From Thecamonas trahens ATCC 50062 (Eukaryota > Protista > Apusomonadida): DNA of 64,000 nucleotides. Position numbers and translations under genes: made by a program. Each line of letters opens with the position of its first letter. Within the stretch, counting starts at the first letter, position 1. The DNA lies in assembly GCF_000142905.1 (NCBI RefSeq), contig NW_013657647.1:62001-126000 (forward strand). Direction: 5' to 3'. The notes under the pieces were generated by a model, which worked only from the letters and a program-made list of their open reading frames with translations, had not been told where the DNA came from and made no database searches. This document shows, piece by piece, positions 63,130 to 64,000 of the stretch.

Positions 63130-64000
63130 TTACTCCGCTGCGAGAACGGTTGGCATCGCAGAGTGGACGACGTCAAGAAGGTCGGCCTTGAGCGGCAGGA
63201 GGTCGGTCATCATCTCAATCAGCTCGTCGACCGGAACGGTGACTCCCCCGTCTTCCGAGTTGTCACGCGCCTCATCCTCGGCGTCGGCCGGAGCCGAGCC
63301 CAGGGCAACGAGAAAGGCAGCAGCGCGCTTGATGGACAACGCCGCGCCCTCGCCACCGAGCCGGTCGCGGATTGAATCCACTGTTGGCTCGCCAGCGGGC
63401 TCGTCGGCCAGAGCTAGCATAGCCGGGATTGCCGCCAGCACCTTGGCGCGGGCATCGCTGTCCGGCATGGCGCCCATAAAGTCGTCAAGCATCTCGACCA
63501 GCTCGGCCGTCGGCACAACGCCGCCTTCAGCAAGCTCGGCGGCCTCGGACTCGTCCGATCCCATCGCACTCACAAACAGCGCAGCCTGGGCAATGGAGAG
63601 GTTCGCCGGAAGGTCCGCCAGTGTTGCACCCAGTGCGTCATCACCTGAGTTCGACCCTTCGGCCAGAAGCGCGGCAACATCGTCGCCATCTTCGTCAGAG
63701 TCGGAATCTGAGCCAGCGGCCGCGAGGAGGGCAGCGACATCGTCGTCGTCAGAGTCCGATTCTGTCTCGTCGGCATCGACAGCGGCGGCTGCTGCAGCCG
63801 CAGTGGCATCAGAAGATTCAGAGTCGCCAGCAAGCAGGGCCAAAGCGCCGTCGTCGCTGTTGGTGTCGATGTCGATAGCGTCAAGGATGGCCGGCAGGGC
63901 TGCGCGAACCTCGTCACGGGCTTCGCTGCCCGGCATGGCGCCTATGAGATCGTCGAGCATCTCGACCAGCTCGGCTGTCTGAACCACGCCGTTCTCAGCC
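63130..64000 (-). CDS. Acidic Ala/Asp/Glu-rich protein with internal repeats (5' end outside the window)
   Basis: Open frame to the window edge. Repeats GVVQTAELVEMLDDLIGAMP / GVVPTAELVEMLDDFMGAMP / GVTVPVDELIEMMTDLLP. Confidence 0.75.
   Translation of the reverse strand, partial: AENGVVQTAELVEMLDDLIGAMPGSEARDEVRAALPAILDAIDIDTNSDDGALALLAGDSESSDATAAAAAAAVDADETESDSDDDDVAALLAAAGSDSDSDEDGDDVAALLAEGSNSGDDALGATLADLPANLSIAQAALFVSAMGSDESEAAELAEGGVVPTAELVEMLDDFMGAMPDSDARAKVLAAIPAMLALADEPAGEPTVDSIRDRLGGEGAALSIKRAAAFLVALGSAPADAEDEARDNSEDGGVTVPVDELIEMMTDLLPLKADLLDVVHSAMPTVLAAE

Overview
GC-rich, gene-dense, intron-poor eukaryotic scaffold with two N gaps and microsatellite or poly-C/G-rich spacers. It is probably from a flagellate protist; an apusomonad such as Thecamonas is my inference only. 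Recognisable genes: MCM2 (runs off the left edge), GBF1-type Sec7 ArfGEF, RPS28, PEX7, MYBBP1A/Pol5, MOGS (glucosidase I), an ENO4-like enolase homologue, RIIAD1 (spliced, only its first exon appears in the ORF track), a SAM-FH1-FH2 formin, a double-MYND MSS51/ZMYND15-like protein, a LigB/DODA dioxygenase, a double SHAQKYF Myb factor, a GH32 fructosidase with a PAN-like insert, an NHL-repeat protein and a KA1-domain AMPK/MARK-related kinase. Most interesting: (1) a tandem pair of PB1-like + coiled-coil + multi-LIR proteins resembling an undescribed selective-autophagy receptor family; (2) three PH-RapGAP-CNH paralogues that share one intron position and all lack the catalytic KRHIGND motif; (3) a two-hairpin structured element with mutually complementary loops in the RPS28 intron; (4) a set of apparent -1 frameshifts at short base runs, probably sequencing undercalls but testable. 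No rRNA, tRNA, CRISPR array or transposase was recognised. All domain calls come from motif recognition by eye; no database search was run.
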